Below are positions 1 through 10,873 of a DNA stretch of 64,000 nucleotides, in pieces. The notes under the pieces are model-generated. The model was given only the letters and a program-made list of their open reading frames with translations, searched no databases and was not told the origin of the DNA. The position numbers were made by a program, and so were the translations under genes. Numbering within the stretch: position 1 is the first letter of the stretch; the number at the start of each line of letters is the position of its first letter. Location of the stretch: positions 2,240,001 through 2,304,000 of the forward strand of contig OY969585.1 in NCBI GenBank assembly GCA_963701295.1, written 5' to 3'. Origin of the DNA: Ignavibacteriota bacterium (GTDB lineage: Bacteria > Bacteroidota > Ignavibacteria > UBA10030).

Positions 1-1
1 G

Positions 2-160
2 AGACTGTATGGAATTGATGAGACGACGGCATTAAGTTACGCGATTGTTACACACGAAGTGGGATATCTCGTTGTAATGATCATCGGTGTGTATTATTAT
101 TTTCGTGATCACCTTCAAGTGTCTGATTTGGCGAGCGCATCTTCGAATGAAGAACGATGA
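2..160 (+). CDS. 3' end of an integral membrane protein, probably lysylphosphatidylglycerol synthase TM/flippase-like (UPF0104) family; truncated by window edge
   Basis: Open frame from base 2 to TGA 158-160: RLYGIDETTALSYAIVTHEVGYLVVMIIGVYYYFRDHLQVSDLASASSNEER; the final hydrophobic helix resembles this family. Confidence 0.5.
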   Translation, partial: RLYGIDETTALSYAIVTHEVGYLVVMIIGVYYYFRDHLQVSDLASASSNEER

Positions 161-261
161 AACCATCTGCAATGGATAAGTCGTTCGAACTTCAAGTCCC
201 TGCTGTTTGTGTGCCCGGTATTCAACACTGTGTTATTCAATAATGAAAAAGGAGTTGTTCG

Positions 262-1071
262 TTGAGTGTGTTTGATGCGGTTCTTCTTGCAGTTCTTCAA
301 GGATTGACAGAGTTTCTCCCGGTGAGCAGTTCAGGTCATTTGGTTCTTGCCCAGCAGTTGCTCAACTTGCATAATCCACAACTTGTGTTATTCGATGTCT
401 ATGTTCATTTTGGAACGCTTATCAGTGTGGTGATCGTTTTTTGGAACGACATTATTGGAATCCTACGATCTTTTTTTAAAGCGTTCAAAACATTCAAGGT
501 CAAGGAAGAACATAAAAAAACAGAATATTTTCATTTAGGAATTGCCATTGTCATCGGTTCCATCCCAGCAGGTATCATTGGTTTGGCATTCCATCGTCAG
601 ATAGAAGAAATCTTCACAGATCCAAAATTTGTTGCGATGAATATTGTGATCACAGGACTGATTCTTTTTCTTACTCGACTTGCAAGACCGATAAAGGGAA
701 AAAGGGTCAGCATTCTCTCTTCGATTATTATCGGTCTTGCACAGGTGGTGGCAATTCTGCCGGGAATTTCACGCTCCGGTTTGACGATGAGTACAGCGCT
801 TTTTTTAAAAACATCTCCCGTACAAGCAGCGCGCTTTTCATTCCTTCTTTCTATACCTGTGATCGCAGGTGCGACATTGCTGGAAACATATAAACTTATC
901 GCACTGGGCACAACGATTGGTCTCTTGCAAATTATTATTGGTATCGCAGTGTCGGCAATTGTCGGATATGTTGGCATTAAGCTGTTGCTGCGTATTATGG
1001 AAAAAGGAAAATTTAGCTGGTTCTCTTTATACTGTTTGGTGATAGGAATCTTTGGCATCTTTTTTATATAA
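262..1071 (+). CDS. uppP: Undecaprenyl-diphosphate phosphatase (BacA/UppP)
   Basis: Motifs QGLTEFLPVSSSGH and PGISRSG, ARFSFLLSIP; multi-pass membrane protein. Confidence 0.96.
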   Translation: MSVFDAVLLAVLQGLTEFLPVSSSGHLVLAQQLLNLHNPQLVLFDVYVHFGTLISVVIVFWNDIIGILRSFFKAFKTFKVKEEHKKTEYFHLGIAIVIGSIPAGIIGLAFHRQIEEIFTDPKFVAMNIVITGLILFLTRLARPIKGKRVSILSSIIIGLAQVVAILPGISRSGLTMSTALFLKTSPVQAARFSFLLSIPVIAGATLLETYKLIALGTTIGLLQIIIGIAVSAIVGYVGIKLLLRIMEKGKFSWFSLYCLVIGIFGIFFI

Positions 1072-1081
1072 GGGCGAAACC

Positions 1082-1669
1082 ATGAATACAAAAACATTTG
1101 TTATGATTTTCACCATCCTCTTAGGCATTTTGCAATCGATGGGTTGTCAATCAGATACTATAAAAAGGAAAACCGTGAACATTACAATCGAAACAACTAA
1201 AGGCGATATTGAAGTCGAGCTCTACGAAACCGACGCGCCAAAAACCGTTGCTAACTTTATCGGACTTGCAGAAGAAGGGTACTTCAACGGTATCATTTTT
1301 CATCGTATCTCCAAAGGATTTGTCATTCAAGGCGGCGACTCAACAGGAACAGGAAGCGGTGGTAAGAGTATTTATGGAAAAGAATTTGCCGATGAATTGA
1401 ATCCCTCGACTCCATCCTATCAAGAAGGATACAAACGCGGCATTGTCGCGATGGCGAACTCTGGACCGAACACCAATACAAGTCAATTCTTTATTGTTCT
1501 GAAAGACGCATCATGGATGCCGAAACAGTACACTATTTTCGGAAAAGTAACGAAAGGAATGAATGTAGTCGATTCGATTGCGGCGGTTGAGATTGTTCCG
1601 CAAATGGGACCTACAGATGGAAAACCGAAGGTCGATATTGTCATGAAAAAAATTTCTGTAAAGAAATAG
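1082..1669 (+). CDS. Cyclophilin-type peptidyl-prolyl cis-trans isomerase, probable lipoprotein
   Basis: APKTVANF, FHRI..FVIQGGD, VAMANSGPNTNTSQFFI, YTIFGKV; start taken at ATG 1082 ahead of a signal peptide ending SMGC. Confidence 0.93.
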   Translation: MNTKTFVMIFTILLGILQSMGCQSDTIKRKTVNITIETTKGDIEVELYETDAPKTVANFIGLAEEGYFNGIIFHRISKGFVIQGGDSTGTGSGGKSIYGKEFADELNPSTPSYQEGYKRGIVAMANSGPNTNTSQFFIVLKDASWMPKQYTIFGKVTKGMNVVDSIAAVEIVPQMGPTDGKPKVDIVMKKISVKK

Positions 1670-1694
1670 TACTGGAACAACGGAGATAATCAGC

Positions 1695-2753
1695 GTGGCA
1701 ATGTCGAAATCCAGGAAGGAGAAATTTCCTTCCTATGATGTTTTTTTTGAAACGGCGAAGGGAAAGAAATATGCGCCAGTCTATCTCTTCATCGGTGAGG
1801 AAGATTTTCTCGTCGAAGAATGTGTTGACCGCATCATTCAAGAACTACTGACGACTGATACAAAGGCTTTCAATCTTGATATTGTGTATGGGAGCAAAGC
1901 GGATGCGCGCGAGGTGATCGCGCATGCGGCATCTTTCCCTATGATGAGCGACCGGCGGGTCGTAGTAGTGAAAGAATTCGACAAACTGCTTTCAAGTGAT
2001 ACGGCGAAAGAGATTATATCGGCATACATTGCACATCCCTTGGATTCTACGTGCCTTGTGCTCTTGGTGGAGAAACCAGATTTTCGCACGAAGCCGTTTA
2101 TCGATTTAAAAAAATCTGACTTTGTTTTTGCATTCAACCCTCTCTATGACAATCAGGTGCCGGCATGGATATCTGAACGATGTAAAAAAATGGGAAAGGA
2201 GGTGGATCTTGAAGCATGCCGGTTGCTGCAGGCGTATATCGGGAATTCACTCCGGGCGATTCAAAATGAATTAGACAAACTTTTCACCTATCTTGGTGAA
2301 CGAACAAGTGTGACACTGGAAGATATTGCGGATGTTGTCGGTGTAACACGCGGATTCACCGTATTTGATTTGCAAAATGCCATCGGAAAAAAAAACCTTG
2401 AAGAAGCGTTGCGGATCGTGAAGCGCATGATCGAAACCGGTGAGGCATCTCAACTCACCATCGTGATGTTAACCAGATATTTCAATCTTCTCTGGAAATT
2501 GCAGAATCTTCTCGCTCATAATGCATCGGAAGCAGAGGCGCTTGCAGCAACAAAGATTTCGCCTTATTACTTCAAAGACTATACCGCTGCGATAAAGCGA
2601 TTTACGCCGACACAGATTGAACATGCTTTTCATGTACTCCTTGATGCAGGCGTTCAATTGAAAAGCACATCGCCCGATCCATACCATTTGATGGAGATGT
2701 TGGTGTATTCACTTATTCGTGACTATAGATCCGAAGAAACAGATCTATTATGA
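1695..2753 (+). CDS. holA: DNA polymerase III delta subunit
   Basis: PVYLFIGEE, FNLDIVYG, SFPMMSDRRVVVVKE, QNELDKL; 352 aa, typical of HolA. Confidence 0.92.
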   Translation: MAMSKSRKEKFPSYDVFFETAKGKKYAPVYLFIGEEDFLVEECVDRIIQELLTTDTKAFNLDIVYGSKADAREVIAHAASFPMMSDRRVVVVKEFDKLLSSDTAKEIISAYIAHPLDSTCLVLLVEKPDFRTKPFIDLKKSDFVFAFNPLYDNQVPAWISERCKKMGKEVDLEACRLLQAYIGNSLRAIQNELDKLFTYLGERTSVTLEDIADVVGVTRGFTVFDLQNAIGKKNLEEALRIVKRMIETGEASQLTIVMLTRYFNLLWKLQNLLAHNASEAEALAATKISPYYFKDYTAAIKRFTPTQIEHAFHVLLDAGVQLKSTSPDPYHLMEMLVYSLIRDYRSEETDLL

Positions 2754-2775
2754 GATATCGGCTTTTCTTATTCCT

Positions 2776-4275
2776 ATGCTCTTTCGTATGAATGAACTTC
2801 TCACACCGCCGACAACGGTCGAATGGACACTTTTGTTGTTCATTCTCACAGGTTTACTCGTATGTGTTGCGGCAAGTGAACTCGTCCGAAAGCATTTTCA
2901 TTGGTCTGCGGAAGTGACCAGGAAATTTGTGCACATCACTGTTGGATTCCTCATCTTTTTCGCACCTATGCTCTTTCAATCAGCGCTTATTCCTTTGCTC
3001 CTCTCTTCTTTTGCTGTACTGATTATGGCGATTGCAGTGCGGACAGGCCTCCTGGTTGGTATTCATGGGACATCCCGATTCTCGTACGGAACAATCTTTT
3101 ATCCATTTTCCTTCTTTGTGCTGATTCTCTTGTTCTGGAATGAGCATCCGGAAATTATTTCGCTGTCTATGCTAAGCTTAGCCACTGGAGATGCAGCAGC
3201 AGCAATGGTAGGTGAATCTTTCCGGTCGGTAAGAGAGTACCGACTCACATCCGACAAGAAATCCATCGAGGGTTCCATTACGATGTTCGCAGTGACGTCC
3301 ATCAGCCTCTTCTGTGGCATGATCTTTCTTGGAGTACAGACATTGCACTCTATGGGATATTTAACGGCCATTGCGTTGGTTTCAGCGAGCATTGCCACAG
3401 CATGGGAAGCGCTCTCATCAAAGGGATTGGATAATTTTACGATACCCTTGTCTGTCGCGTTTGTTCTTTCTTTTTATCTTATTCCCTCGCAGATGCAGGA
3501 TCCGAATCGGTTTACCATCGGTGTTTTCTTGTCTCTTCTTATTGCAATCACCTCATATTCCTTTAAATTTCTCACTGCCAGCGGTTCTGTCGCTGTGTTT
3601 CTCCTTGCCAGTACGATCTACGGAATCGGTGGATGGCAGTGGACAGCTCCCATCGTGATGTTTTTTGTTCTTTCCAGTTTGCTATCGAAAACAGGGAAGA
3701 AGAGAAAAGAACAATTTGAACATCTTTTCGAAAAAACAAGTACGCGTGATTGGGGGCAGGTAGCGGCGAATGGCGGTGTTGCTGGAATACTGATACTTGC
3801 TCAGTATGCTTTACCCAATGAAAATTTCTATCCGGCGTATCTTGGTGCAATTGCAGCTGTCACAGCGGATACGTGGGGGACAGAAATTGGTGTCTGGCTC
3901 GGAGGTAAAACGGTTTCGCTCTCCCGTTTCAAAGTTGTCGAGCCAGGTACTAATGGCGGTATTTCGATGGCAGGATGCATCGGCGGGACGTTCGGTTCAT
4001 TGATCATATCTGCAAGTGCATTTCCTTGGGCGGCGACAGTGCGAATGGCACTCATTGCTACTCTCTCAGGAATCATCGGAAGTCTTTTTGACAGCTTACT
4101 CGGCGGAACATTGCAATCAAAATACTGCTGCTCGATATGCAACAAATACACTGAGCGAAAATTGCATTGTGGTTTTGCAACAGTTTTTGTAAAAGGTATT
4201 CGATGGATGACGAACGATGTGGTCAATTGGGTTTGTGCTTTGGTTGGTGCTACAGTTGCCTGGGGATTATATTGA
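2776..4275 (+). CDS. Fusion of phytol/dolichol kinase-like (CTP-dependent) domain and DUF92/TMEM19 domain; start uncertain (2719/2776/2788)
   Basis: N-half RKFVH, GDAAAAMVG, KKSIEGS, DNFTIP; C-half RDWGQVAANGG, ADTWGTEIG, PGTNGGIS, DSLLG, NDVVN and a CxxC before the C-terminus. Confidence 0.85.
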   Translation: MLFRMNELLTPPTTVEWTLLLFILTGLLVCVAASELVRKHFHWSAEVTRKFVHITVGFLIFFAPMLFQSALIPLLLSSFAVLIMAIAVRTGLLVGIHGTSRFSYGTIFYPFSFFVLILLFWNEHPEIISLSMLSLATGDAAAAMVGESFRSVREYRLTSDKKSIEGSITMFAVTSISLFCGMIFLGVQTLHSMGYLTAIALVSASIATAWEALSSKGLDNFTIPLSVAFVLSFYLIPSQMQDPNRFTIGVFLSLLIAITSYSFKFLTASGSVAVFLLASTIYGIGGWQWTAPIVMFFVLSSLLSKTGKKRKEQFEHLFEKTSTRDWGQVAANGGVAGILILAQYALPNENFYPAYLGAIAAVTADTWGTEIGVWLGGKTVSLSRFKVVEPGTNGGISMAGCIGGTFGSLIISASAFPWAATVRMALIATLSGIIGSLFDSLLGGTLQSKYCCSICNKYTERKLHCGFATVFVKGIRWMTNDVVNWVCALVGATVAWGLY

Positions 4276-4330
4276 TTTGCATTGAGAAGCAATCGGATTT
4301 ATCAACTTAAAATATATCAAAAGGAAATTT

Positions 4331-5878
4331 ATGAGTACGGACAGAATTCGCCAATTAAAGCAGCTGCGGGAAAAAGCGACACACGGCGGCGGACTCACCA
4401 AGATCGAGGATCGGCATAAGCATGGGAAGCTGACTGCGCGCGAGCGCATCGACCTTCTGCTGGACGAAGGGAGCTTTGAAGAAATTGGAATGTTTGTTCA
4501 TCACCGCTCCCGCGAATTTGGGCTGGAGAAATACAAGTATCTTGGCGATGGAGTGGTAACGGGCAGAGGAACGATTAGCGGGCGTCATGTAGTTGTGTAC
4601 AGTCAGGACTTTACGGTCTTCGGCGGCTCACTTTCTGAGACGCATGCAGAAAAGATCTGCAAGATTTTAGAAATGGCGATGAAGAATGGTGTACCTATCA
4701 TCGGATTGAATGACTCCGGTGGTGCGCGTATTCAGGAAGGGGTTGTTAGTTTAGGCGGATACGCGGATATTTTTCTGCAAAACACTCTTGCTTCCGGTGT
4801 CGTACCACAAATTTCTGCCATCTTGGGTCCATGCGCCGGTGGGGCAGTATACTCTCCAGCCATAACAGATTTCATTTTTATGGTGAAGGATACGAGTTAT
4901 ATGTTTGTTACCGGGCCTAATGTAGTAAAGACGGTGACACATGAAGATGTGTCGTTTGAAGACCTTGGCGGTGCATTGACGCATGCTGTCAAAAGCGGTG
5001 TGGCGCATTTTGCTGTGGAGAACGAATTGGAATGTATCGAGGGAATCAAGAAGCTCTTAAGTTACATTCCATCGAACAATATGGATGATCCGCCGTTCAT
5101 TGAGCCTCACGACAGCGAGTACCGGATGGATATCGAGCTTGATTCGGTTGTGCCGGAAAATCCGAGCAAACCGTATGACATCAAAGAGATCATCAAGAGA
5201 ATAGTCGATGATGGTGAGTTCTTTGAAGTGCAAGAACTCTATGCTCAGAATATGGTTGTGGGGTTTGCCCGGCTTGGCGGATACTCAGTTGGTATCGTGG
5301 CAAATCAACCGTCCATTCTTGCTGGTGTGCTCGATATCGAAACATCTCTCAAAGGTGCGCGGTTCGTTCGCTTCTGTGATGCCTTCAATATTCCGCTGAT
5401 CATTTTGCAGGATGTTCCTGGATTTCTTCCAGGCACCGATCAGGAATGGAGAGGTCTCATCAAGCATGGTGCGAAATTGCTTTATGCGTTCTGTGAAGCA
5501 ACCGTTCCAAAGATTACCATCATCACTCGCAAGTCATACGGTGGTGCATATTGTGTTATGAACTCCAAACATATCCGCGGCGATGTGAACTATGCATGGC
5601 CTACGGCAGAAATTGCCGTAATGGGACCGAAAGGAGCGGTGGAAATTATTTTCAAGAAGGATATCGAAAACTCAGAAGAGAAAGAGAAAGCAATCGCGGA
5701 GAAAGTACATGATTACACCGAGCGATTCGCCAATCCGTATGTTGCAGCGGAGCGAGGATATGTCGACGAAGTTATTCTACCGCATGAAACTTGGCCAAAG
5801 TTGATTAAGGCGCTCCGATTTCTGGAAAACAAAGTCGATACAAATCCCAGAAAGAAACATGGCAACATTCCGCTTTGA
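4331..5878 (+). CDS. Acyl-CoA carboxylase carboxyltransferase beta subunit (PccB / methylmalonyl-CoA carboxyltransferase-like)
   Basis: [57 protein letters not shown]. Confidence 0.95.
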   Translation: MSTDRIRQLKQLREKATHGGGLTKIEDRHKHGKLTARERIDLLLDEGSFEEIGMFVHHRSREFGLEKYKYLGDGVVTGRGTISGRHVVVYSQDFTVFGGSLSETHAEKICKILEMAMKNGVPIIGLNDSGGARIQEGVVSLGGYADIFLQNTLASGVVPQISAILGPCAGGAVYSPAITDFIFMVKDTSYMFVTGPNVVKTVTHEDVSFEDLGGALTHAVKSGVAHFAVENELECIEGIKKLLSYIPSNNMDDPPFIEPHDSEYRMDIELDSVVPENPSKPYDIKEIIKRIVDDGEFFEVQELYAQNMVVGFARLGGYSVGIVANQPSILAGVLDIETSLKGARFVRFCDAFNIPLIILQDVPGFLPGTDQEWRGLIKHGAKLLYAFCEATVPKITIITRKSYGGAYCVMNSKHIRGDVNYAWPTAEIAVMGPKGAVEIIFKKDIENSEEKEKAIAEKVHDYTERFANPYVAAERGYVDEVILPHETWPKLIKALRFLENKVDTNPRKKHGNIPL

Positions 5879-5959
5879 GAAGGTCAATCCCCTTGATTAA
5901 GTGGCAATGATACGTTATTTTGAATAAAGAAATTGATTCATGATAATTTGTAGAGGCTG

Positions 5960-8272
5960 ATGCGGCGGTTTGTAGTTACGTTCCTATCATTAGTAATCCT
6001 CAGTTGTTCTTCAGAGCGAACAACGCGTTCCCACATTGATACTTTATCTCAAGCATCCAATCCATCTGACACAAACTTTAAAAGTCTTGCTGCAGATACC
6101 ATAAACAATTCAGTTGATACATCGAACATAAAGATAAATGGCAACGGGAACGGCAACGGTTCTATAGACACATCCGATTATGACTCAGAACTCATTCTCC
6201 AGCAGCTTGAACAGGCACGGCAGCATTATTTGCTTGCACTTGCCTCACAGGAAGCCGGTGATTCTCTCAGCTGCGGCACGGAATTCGAGACAGCCATCCA
6301 AATCCTTAATGAATTAAGTGAATACTCACATATTGACAGTTCCAAAGAATATCTGGATTTAAGCAAGAGTTTGGTTGAAGATTATGAGAAGTACATCGCG
6401 CAGATCGACAGCCTGGGTCCTGATGCATCCGTTTATGCACTTCGAGAAAAATTAAATCAAGTAGTTGAACAAGGTGATACCACTGGTTTGAAGATTCCCC
6501 ATATTGAGATCAAGGGAACACAAGTTCCCCTGCCTTTCAACGAGTATGTTGAACGCGCAACTGCCTTTTTCATGGGCCGTGGCCGGCATCATATGGAGCG
6601 TTGGTTGTATCTTTCAGGCAGGTATTGCCCAATGATGACAAGAATTTTTAGGGAAGAAGGAACTCCTGCAGAACTGGCTTATTTAGCGATGCCAGAAAGC
6701 GGTTTGCGTACGGATGCACGTTCGTGGGCACGCGCTGTAGGATTATGGCAATTTATGAAGGGCACGGGCTCGTTGTACGGACTGCGTGTGAACTGGTGGG
6801 TAGATGAACGCCGGGATTTTGAGAAATCCACACGCGCGGCAGCCAGACATCTCAAAGACTTATACAGTGAATTAGGTGATTGGAATTTAGTGCTGGGTGC
6901 ATATAATGCAGGTGCCGGAAGAATTTTTCGTGCTATGCGCAGGAGCGGCACATCGGATTATTGGGGAATGCGGAAACATCTGCCGCGGCAAACCCGTAAT
7001 TATATTCCACAGTTTATTGCAGTTGCGCGAATTGTTCTAAACCCGCAAAAGCATGGATTTACAGACATTCAAATAGCAGATTCACTCACTTTCGATGTTG
7101 TAGAAATCAATGACTGTATCGATTTGCGTGTGCTGGCAAAATGTGCGTTGACAACGGTTGACACGCTGCAGGATCTTAATCCTGAATTACTTCGCTGGTG
7201 CACACCTCCCGGTGTAACGGGATATCGATTCCGGATTCCGATTGGAAGGAAAGATACATTTCTTATCAGTTATGCAAAAATTCCTGCAGAGCAAAAAAAG
7301 GATTGGGCAATCCATACTGTGAAACGAGGCGAGACAGTTTCTTCTATCGCTCGGAGATATGGTTTAGCCGCATCGCTTTTGAAAGACCTGAATAATATAC
7401 GCAGTGATCGCCGTCTCTCGGTAGGCACGGTCATAGCGCTTCCGCTTCCGAAAGATATTGCGGAGAGTAAAGTCCCATATGATTATTCACCGGAAGTCAG
7501 GGGGATGAACTTTGGTTCGATAAAGTCCTACGCAGCCAGAGATAATATCAATAAAGCAAAATTGCGGTACGCGAAGCGAGAAGTAAAACAACCGAAGGGG
7601 AAAGAGAAACTCGTCTATCATGTTAAACGCGGCGACACGATAGGCCATATTGCTGAATGGTACGGTGTGCGTGCCAGCGATATCCGTAATTGGAATGATA
7701 TTTCCTACGGGAGTTACATTCATGCAGGTCAAGCAATTGCCATCTGGGTTCTGGTATCGAAAACAAAACTGCTGAAAAGAGTAGACAGCATGGAGTTTTC
7801 GGAGAAGCAAGCGATGACAAAGGGCGACCTTGCTGAGGCAGCGCAAGCAGAGGAAGTAAAGACCAGAACAAAATCATCTTCAGCTGAATGGATCCAACAT
7901 GCAGTGAAATATGGCGAGACGTTAGAAAAAATCGCAAAGATTTATGAAGTGAGTATTAGTGATTTAAAACAATGGAATAACCTTCGTTCATCACATATCA
8001 CTATTGGACAGACGTTGGAAATTTATGATAAGCCTGAAGAACGCGTAAAGCTTATTACAGCACCTACTAAAATACATGTAGCTCCTCCCGTCAAGACTTC
8101 CAGTAGCGGTATTTTTTCGCCGACCCACAAAGTGAAAAAAGGTGAAAGTATCTATACCATAGCGATGTTGTACGGTGTTGATGTGCAGAAGTTCAAGAAT
8201 TACAACAACTTGCGAAGCAATAAAATTCTCGTCGGAAAAGTCCTCAAAATTCCTCCCAAAACCAATCCCTAA
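5960..8272 (+). CDS. MltD-like lytic transglycosylase lipoprotein with multiple LysM domains
   Basis: Lipobox-like ILSC; SLT motifs [15 protein letters not shown]; four LysM repeats ([32 protein letters not shown]). Confidence 0.9.
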   Translation: MRRFVVTFLSLVILSCSSERTTRSHIDTLSQASNPSDTNFKSLAADTINNSVDTSNIKINGNGNGNGSIDTSDYDSELILQQLEQARQHYLLALASQEAGDSLSCGTEFETAIQILNELSEYSHIDSSKEYLDLSKSLVEDYEKYIAQIDSLGPDASVYALREKLNQVVEQGDTTGLKIPHIEIKGTQVPLPFNEYVERATAFFMGRGRHHMERWLYLSGRYCPMMTRIFREEGTPAELAYLAMPESGLRTDARSWARAVGLWQFMKGTGSLYGLRVNWWVDERRDFEKSTRAAARHLKDLYSELGDWNLVLGAYNAGAGRIFRAMRRSGTSDYWGMRKHLPRQTRNYIPQFIAVARIVLNPQKHGFTDIQIADSLTFDVVEINDCIDLRVLAKCALTTVDTLQDLNPELLRWCTPPGVTGYRFRIPIGRKDTFLISYAKIPAEQKKDWAIHTVKRGETVSSIARRYGLAASLLKDLNNIRSDRRLSVGTVIALPLPKDIAESKVPYDYSPEVRGMNFGSIKSYAARDNINKAKLRYAKREVKQPKGKEKLVYHVKRGDTIGHIAEWYGVRASDIRNWNDISYGSYIHAGQAIAIWVLVSKTKLLKRVDSMEFSEKQAMTKGDLAEAAQAEEVKTRTKSSSAEWIQHAVKYGETLEKIAKIYEVSISDLKQWNNLRSSHITIGQTLEIYDKPEERVKLITAPTKIHVAPPVKTSSSGIFSPTHKVKKGESIYTIAMLYGVDVQKFKNYNNLRSNKILVGKVLKIPPKTNP

Positions 8273-8427
8273 ATCGTGGATTTACATTATTCGGGAAATG
8301 GCGCTTCACTGAAAACATTACTCTTTCATTTCGGTACCTTTCGAAAATTTCTTACATACGTTGTTATCGCGTTTATGGCGGCGAGGTTTTGTTTTGTACG
8401 AAGGAACAATCGTTTTACGACAAGCAG

Positions 8428-9648
8428 CTATAACAAGAGCACTGCAGGATTCTCCATCAACTTCTTAAAATCCTGCAGGAAATGTGCAGCAATAGCGCCG
8501 TCGATTATGCGGTGATCGGAAGAGAGCGTCACTTTCATTGTGCGGCCGATGACAATCTGTCCTCCTTGGACGACTGGTTTTTCGACAATCGATCCGATAG
8601 CAAGAATTGCTCCCTCCGGAGGGTTTACGATAGCGACAAAATCTTCTACACCGAACATTCCAAGATTGCTGATAGTGAATGTTGCACCTTGATATTCTTC
8701 TGGTTTCAGTTTGCGATTGCGGGCGCGTCCTACAAGGTCATGCAACTCAGTATTGAGCTGAGGAATAGTTTTCTGCTCGCAATTTCGCAGAACGGGAGTC
8801 ACCAAACCGTCATCCAGTGCAACAGCGACAGCAACATGCGCTTCGCCAAATTGCCGCATCGTATTTCCCATATAGGCTGCATTGATATTAGGATGGTTCA
8901 TCAATGTCATAGCGGCAGTTTTTACGAGAATATCCGTAAAACTAATTTTTGAATCTGTGGCAGTATTGAGCTGTTCACGAAAAGCGATTGCAGGTTCCAT
9001 ATCTATTTCTACTGTGACATAGAAATGCGGAACGGTTTGTTTGCTCTCCTGCATTCGTTGAGCGATCGTTTTGCGGATGAGGGAGAGCTCGACATCGCGA
9101 TGACCACCGCGAATGATTTTTGCCGCCGGTTTGAACTGTAATGTTTTTTTACCGCTCACGAGCGGTTCAACATCCCGTTTGATGATTCGCCCTTGCGGTC
9201 CGCTTCCGGAGATGGCTCGCAGTTCGATTTTATTTTCTGTGGCAAGCCTCTTTGCTAGTGGTGAAGCTTTCACATGCCCATCCGCGACGATGGAAGTGGC
9301 AGGCTGTGAAGACAACGGCATCGATTTCGATGCATCCTTCGTTGTTTCTGTTTTCGATATTTGATGTGCGGCAGAAGGAGTATCAGTCAATAATGCAGAG
9401 ATATCCTCGTTCGCTTCGGCGATGATAGCGATGGAAGCACCGATTTCCGCCTTGCCTCCTTCGGGAACCATGATCTTGCGCAGGATGCCAGAATCGTACA
9501 CTTCCAATTCCATATCTGCTTTGTCGGATTCGATCTCGACAAGTGTTTCACCTTGTTTTACTTTTTCGCCTTCTTTCTTCAGCCATTTCAGGATGACACC
9601 TTCCGTCATAGTATCACTCAGTTTCGGCATCAAGATTTTTGTCGCCAT
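8428..9648 (-). CDS. pdhC: Pyruvate dehydrogenase E2 dihydrolipoamide acetyltransferase (single lipoyl domain)
   Basis: Lipoyl motif ESDKA, E3-binding ASPLAKRLA...GSGPQGRIIKRDV, catalytic DHRIIDG. Confidence 0.94.
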   Translation of the reverse strand: MATKILMPKLSDTMTEGVILKWLKKEGEKVKQGETLVEIESDKADMELEVYDSGILRKIMVPEGGKAEIGASIAIIAEANEDISALLTDTPSAAHQISKTETTKDASKSMPLSSQPATSIVADGHVKASPLAKRLATENKIELRAISGSGPQGRIIKRDVEPLVSGKKTLQFKPAAKIIRGGHRDVELSLIRKTIAQRMQESKQTVPHFYVTVEIDMEPAIAFREQLNTATDSKISFTDILVKTAAMTLMNHPNINAAYMGNTMRQFGEAHVAVAVALDDGLVTPVLRNCEQKTIPQLNTELHDLVGRARNRKLKPEEYQGATFTISNLGMFGVEDFVAIVNPPEGAILAIGSIVEKPVVQGGQIVIGRTMKVTLSSDHRIIDGAIAAHFLQDFKKLMENPAVLLL

Positions 9649-9689
9649 AGAATCCTCGGAATGTTGTTATGCCGCTAGTAAATAACAAA

Positions 9690-9757
9690 AGGAAAATCCC
9701 AAATCCTACATAACAAATACTAAACAAAGTATAAAAAAGAAAATCCTATATCCTAAT
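9690..9757. repeat. Degenerate ~7-nt-period AAATCC(T/C) repeat tract, pdhB-pdhC intergenic
   Basis: aaatccc aaatcct acataac aaatact aaacaaa ... aaatcctatatcctaa. Confidence 0.55.
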
Positions 9758-9762
9758 GTACT

Positions 9763-10749
9763 TTATGACTCAAGATACATAACTTTTCGAACTGCTCGTA
9801 TTACTTTCTGGATATTCGGCAAGGAAGCAATTTCCAGATTATGCGCATAGGGAAGAGGTACATCTTCCTGCGTAATGCGCTCAACTGGTGCATCGAGATA
9901 ATCGAAACAATGATTGCTTACTTCATGCGAAATCTGCGCGCCGACTCCTGCAAATGGCCAGCCTTCTTCTACGATTACCAACCGATTTGTCTTCTTGACA
10001 GAATTGAAGATCAATTCCCAGTCCATCGGTTTGATCGTGCGCGGATCGATGAGTTCCACGCTAATGCCTTCTTCCGCAAGACGGCTAACTGCTTTGACGG
10101 CTATATGCTGAAGGATCTTCGACCATGAGACGATGGTAACATCCGTTCCTTCCTTTATCACTTCTCCGGAGCCGAAGGGAATAGTGTACTCGCCTTCCGG
10201 TATTTCGCCTTTCTCGCCGTACATCATTTCACTTTCGATGAAGATGACCGGATTGTTATCGCGAATAGCAGTTTTTAATAATCCTTTTGCATCCCGCGGA
10301 TTGGAGGGCATAACGACTTTCAATCCCGGGAAATGAGCGTAGATGGATTCAAGAGCTTGCGAATGTGTTGCCGCAAGACTGTGTGCCGCACCACCCGGCC
10401 CGCGAAAAACAATCGGTACATTAAAATTTCCACCAGACATAGACAGCATCTTGGCGGCATTATTTACGATTTGGTCAAAGGCGACGAGGGAAAAATTCCA
10501 TGTCATGAACTCAACAATAGGGCGGAGGCCGACCATGGCAGCACCGATACCGATTCCGGAGAATCCAGCTTCAGCAATTGGCGTGTCGATGATGCGCTTG
10601 GGCCCATATTTTGCAAGCAGGCCTTGGCTGACTTTATACGCGCCGTTATATTGGGCAACTTCTTCGCCCATTAAGAAGACGCGTTCATCGCGCGCCATTT
10701 CTTCATCCATTGCCTGATTTATTGCTTCGCGTATACTGACGACAGGCAT
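9763..10749 (-). CDS. pdhB: Pyruvate dehydrogenase E1 beta subunit
   Basis: MGEEVAQYNGAYKVS, DTPIAEAGF, RPIVEFMTWNF, FDYLDAPV. Confidence 0.95.
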   Translation of the reverse strand: MPVVSIREAINQAMDEEMARDERVFLMGEEVAQYNGAYKVSQGLLAKYGPKRIIDTPIAEAGFSGIGIGAAMVGLRPIVEFMTWNFSLVAFDQIVNNAAKMLSMSGGNFNVPIVFRGPGGAAHSLAATHSQALESIYAHFPGLKVVMPSNPRDAKGLLKTAIRDNNPVIFIESEMMYGEKGEIPEGEYTIPFGSGEVIKEGTDVTIVSWSKILQHIAVKAVSRLAEEGISVELIDPRTIKPMDWELIFNSVKKTNRLVIVEEGWPFAGVGAQISHEVSNHCFDYLDAPVERITQEDVPLPYAHNLEIASLPNIQKVIRAVRKVMYLES

Positions 10750-10786
10750 TCCTTTTTCTCCGAATCCTTATGTCGTAATCAAAAAG

Positions 10787-10867
10787 AAAATTTTAAATCA
10801 AAAATCCTAAATCCTAAACCACAAACAATTCACAAAAAGATCTAATTTCTAATCCATAAATCCTATC
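10787..10867. repeat. Second degenerate AAATCCT-type repeat tract, pdhA-pdhB intergenic
   Basis: aaatcaa aaatcct aaatcct aaaccac aaacaat ... taatttc taatcca taaatcc t. Confidence 0.55.
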
Positions 10868-10873
10868 ATTCAT

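Noticed and set aside
6135-6160. NGNGNGNG microrepeat in the transglycosylase as a phase-variation tract
   Set aside because: In-frame, with varied codons, in a linker region
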